Positions 62,136-64,000 of a stretch of 64,000 nucleotides of DNA are shown here, piece by piece. The notes under the pieces are model-generated. The model was given only the letters and a program-made list of their open reading frames with translations. It was not told where the DNA came from and made no database searches. The position numbers and the translations under genes were made by a program. The DNA comes from Psilocybe cubensis (lineage: Eukaryota), in the NCBI GenBank assembly GCA_017499595.2, contig CM038999.1, positions 62,001 to 126,000 of the forward strand, written 5' to 3'. The first letter of the stretch is position 1. Each line of letters begins with the position of its first letter.

Positions 62136-63208
62136 GGGCACCAGGAAATCAGCGTGGTTAGCCCGCGTGCGACCTATTTTTGCGTGCCACGCATAAATGT
62201 CAATCAGTAAATTTGCGTGTCCTTCATATGACTTTGCGTGCAAAATGCTGGATGTCGCGTGCGCATGATATGTAAATGCGTGCAGCGTCGTTGAAGTACC
62301 GTGCTATTTGCGTGCAACACTTTGTATAAAATTCACATGAAGAGTAGTGTATGTTATGCTGTTTTCTGCAAAGAATGTAGTATGTTATGCATCCAGTTGT
62401 ACTGAATGATTCATTCTCATCCAGATAAAGCTACTTAATTTAGGGTCTAATAATGTTTTAGCGAGCCTTGATCCATTGTCTTAGCATAAGGGCTCAGCCT
62501 ACAAAGCCGAGGCTAGATATTTCTGCCTTTAATTAACAGATCAGCTCAGGTTCAATCTGAAGCCGTTAGGAAAGGCTCAGCTCAGCATCTATGGATTAGG
62601 GGCGACATATGTTATTGGATGAAGCTATCAATAGGGATACGGGTTTGGGAGAACATTTTGATACTTACATCTATGCAGGAAGCTAGAGGAAATGGGTAGT
62701 TGGAATGTTACTTTAATATATCCTGTTTGCGCTTTAAAACACCCATTCCCATTACAATGTCTAATGTTCGCCTCTTAGAGGAACAGGATTTTAATCCCTT
62801 GTATCCTCCATTATTCACTGACTCCTTGCATTAGTAACCGACGGGGTTAGCCACAACAAACTGGAGCGTAAACTCGGGACCGTCGGGGGGAGCGACACCG
62901 TTCGTTGTACAAATCCAGGAGATTCAAACCAACAATTCCTATACAATGACGCACTAACACGGTTCCTAAACCCCCTAACCCTACCAAGCACGTCGGCTAA
63001 ACTGATCCACATGGTTTTAAAAATTAAACAACATCGTAAAAAAGAGAATTGAGTACATTACAACCTTACGTGTGACACAACTGTGACATTGCGTGCAGAA
63101 CACATCAATATGCGTGCAGAACATATAGTTGTTGCGCAAAAATGCGTGTCACGCAGGCACACACAAAAACGCACGCACGCGAGCAGCCACGCTGATTTCT
63201 GTATGCCC
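62136..63208. mobile_element. Non-autonomous Mutator (MULE)-like DNA transposon, 1073 bp
   Basis: Termini GGGCACCAGGAAATCAGCGTGG / reverse complement GGGCATACAGAAATCAGCGTGG; perfect 9-bp TSD GATGCCCAT at 62127-62135 and 63209-63217; no transposase ORF. Confidence 0.85.
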
Positions 63209-64000
63209 GATGCCCATGAGCCACCCACAAACAATCACACTCTCGGTTCTGCCTTTCAGGTAGGGTCAAACCACCCCCGATCCTCTCTTGTACCCCGCCA
63301 CGCCATGGCAGCGCCGCTCAAGCTGTATCGATATGCTACTCCTTGGTGTCACGGTACCGAGTAGCCTATTCTGCATCAGCATTTCACATGCCTCGTCTGC
63401 TGTTAGGCCGGAAGACTATTCGTAGACCGGGGCTGTATGGTCGAAGAAAGCGACGCATGATGGTAGTGTCTGGAGTGCGATTCGTGATACTTGGGAATTG
63501 AGACATGTTGTGAGGGAGCTGTACAGTACAGTACAGGCCAATCACAGCAGAGATAGATTGCACTAACGTTATCAAAGTCATCGTCTGAGGGACGGGGACG
63601 GGGATGGGGGGGAAGTTTAACTGGCGCATTAAATATTACACGCGAACTGCGACTTTGACTCTGAGTAAGGGTCAAGGTTGAATGAAGCATTGGACGGGAA
63701 TTGGAGGTGTAGTGCGTTTTTTTCGGAAAGTGTTTAGCGCTCCAGCGCTCAGCGTTCGTCTCCAGCTCGCACCCCCCGTACCCCCCTAAGCTAACGCCCG
63801 GATATCGGATAATGTGCAAGCCTTGGATCTGGGAGTCAAGTTTTCGCTTTGACTGAACGATTAAATAACAGGATTGTAACACGAATAACAGGATTGGGGC
63901 ACTTGTAATACTCGACAACAGGGATATTTAATGATAAGGTTTTCAGAGGGGCAGGGAGTGATGCGTAGAGCAAGACGAGTCAGCACAAGGAGGGACCGCG

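Overview
Intron-rich fungal (Agaricomycete-like, inferred from gene families and splice signals) accessory region. Left to right: a TIR/MITE-like element, a 6-exon 7-transmembrane protein gene converging on a 10-exon atypical G-alpha gene (DVGGSR instead of DVGGQR), about 14 kb of decayed sequence with tandem, palindromic and telomere-like repeats and a C2/Psd2-like gene fragment. Next is a NACHT-ankyrin NLR gene (minus strand, ~29 ANK repeats, putative N-terminal amyloid motif) split by a 19.4-kb tandem Ty3/Gypsy insertion (LTR-internal-LTR-internal-LTR, 815-bp LTRs, 4-bp TSD GCAG). The retroelement looks like a complex retrovirus: separate gag, pro and pol frames joined by two -1 slippery sites, a 113-codon AUG-less extension upstream of gag, and a frame-consistent 7-exon, 317-aa antisense gene between pol and the 3' LTR. 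The right end holds three paralogous secreted 10-Cys prepropeptide genes, a triplicated pseudogene, a hypothetical gene and a non-autonomous MULE-like element with a 9-bp TSD. All gene models were built by eye; no searches were run.
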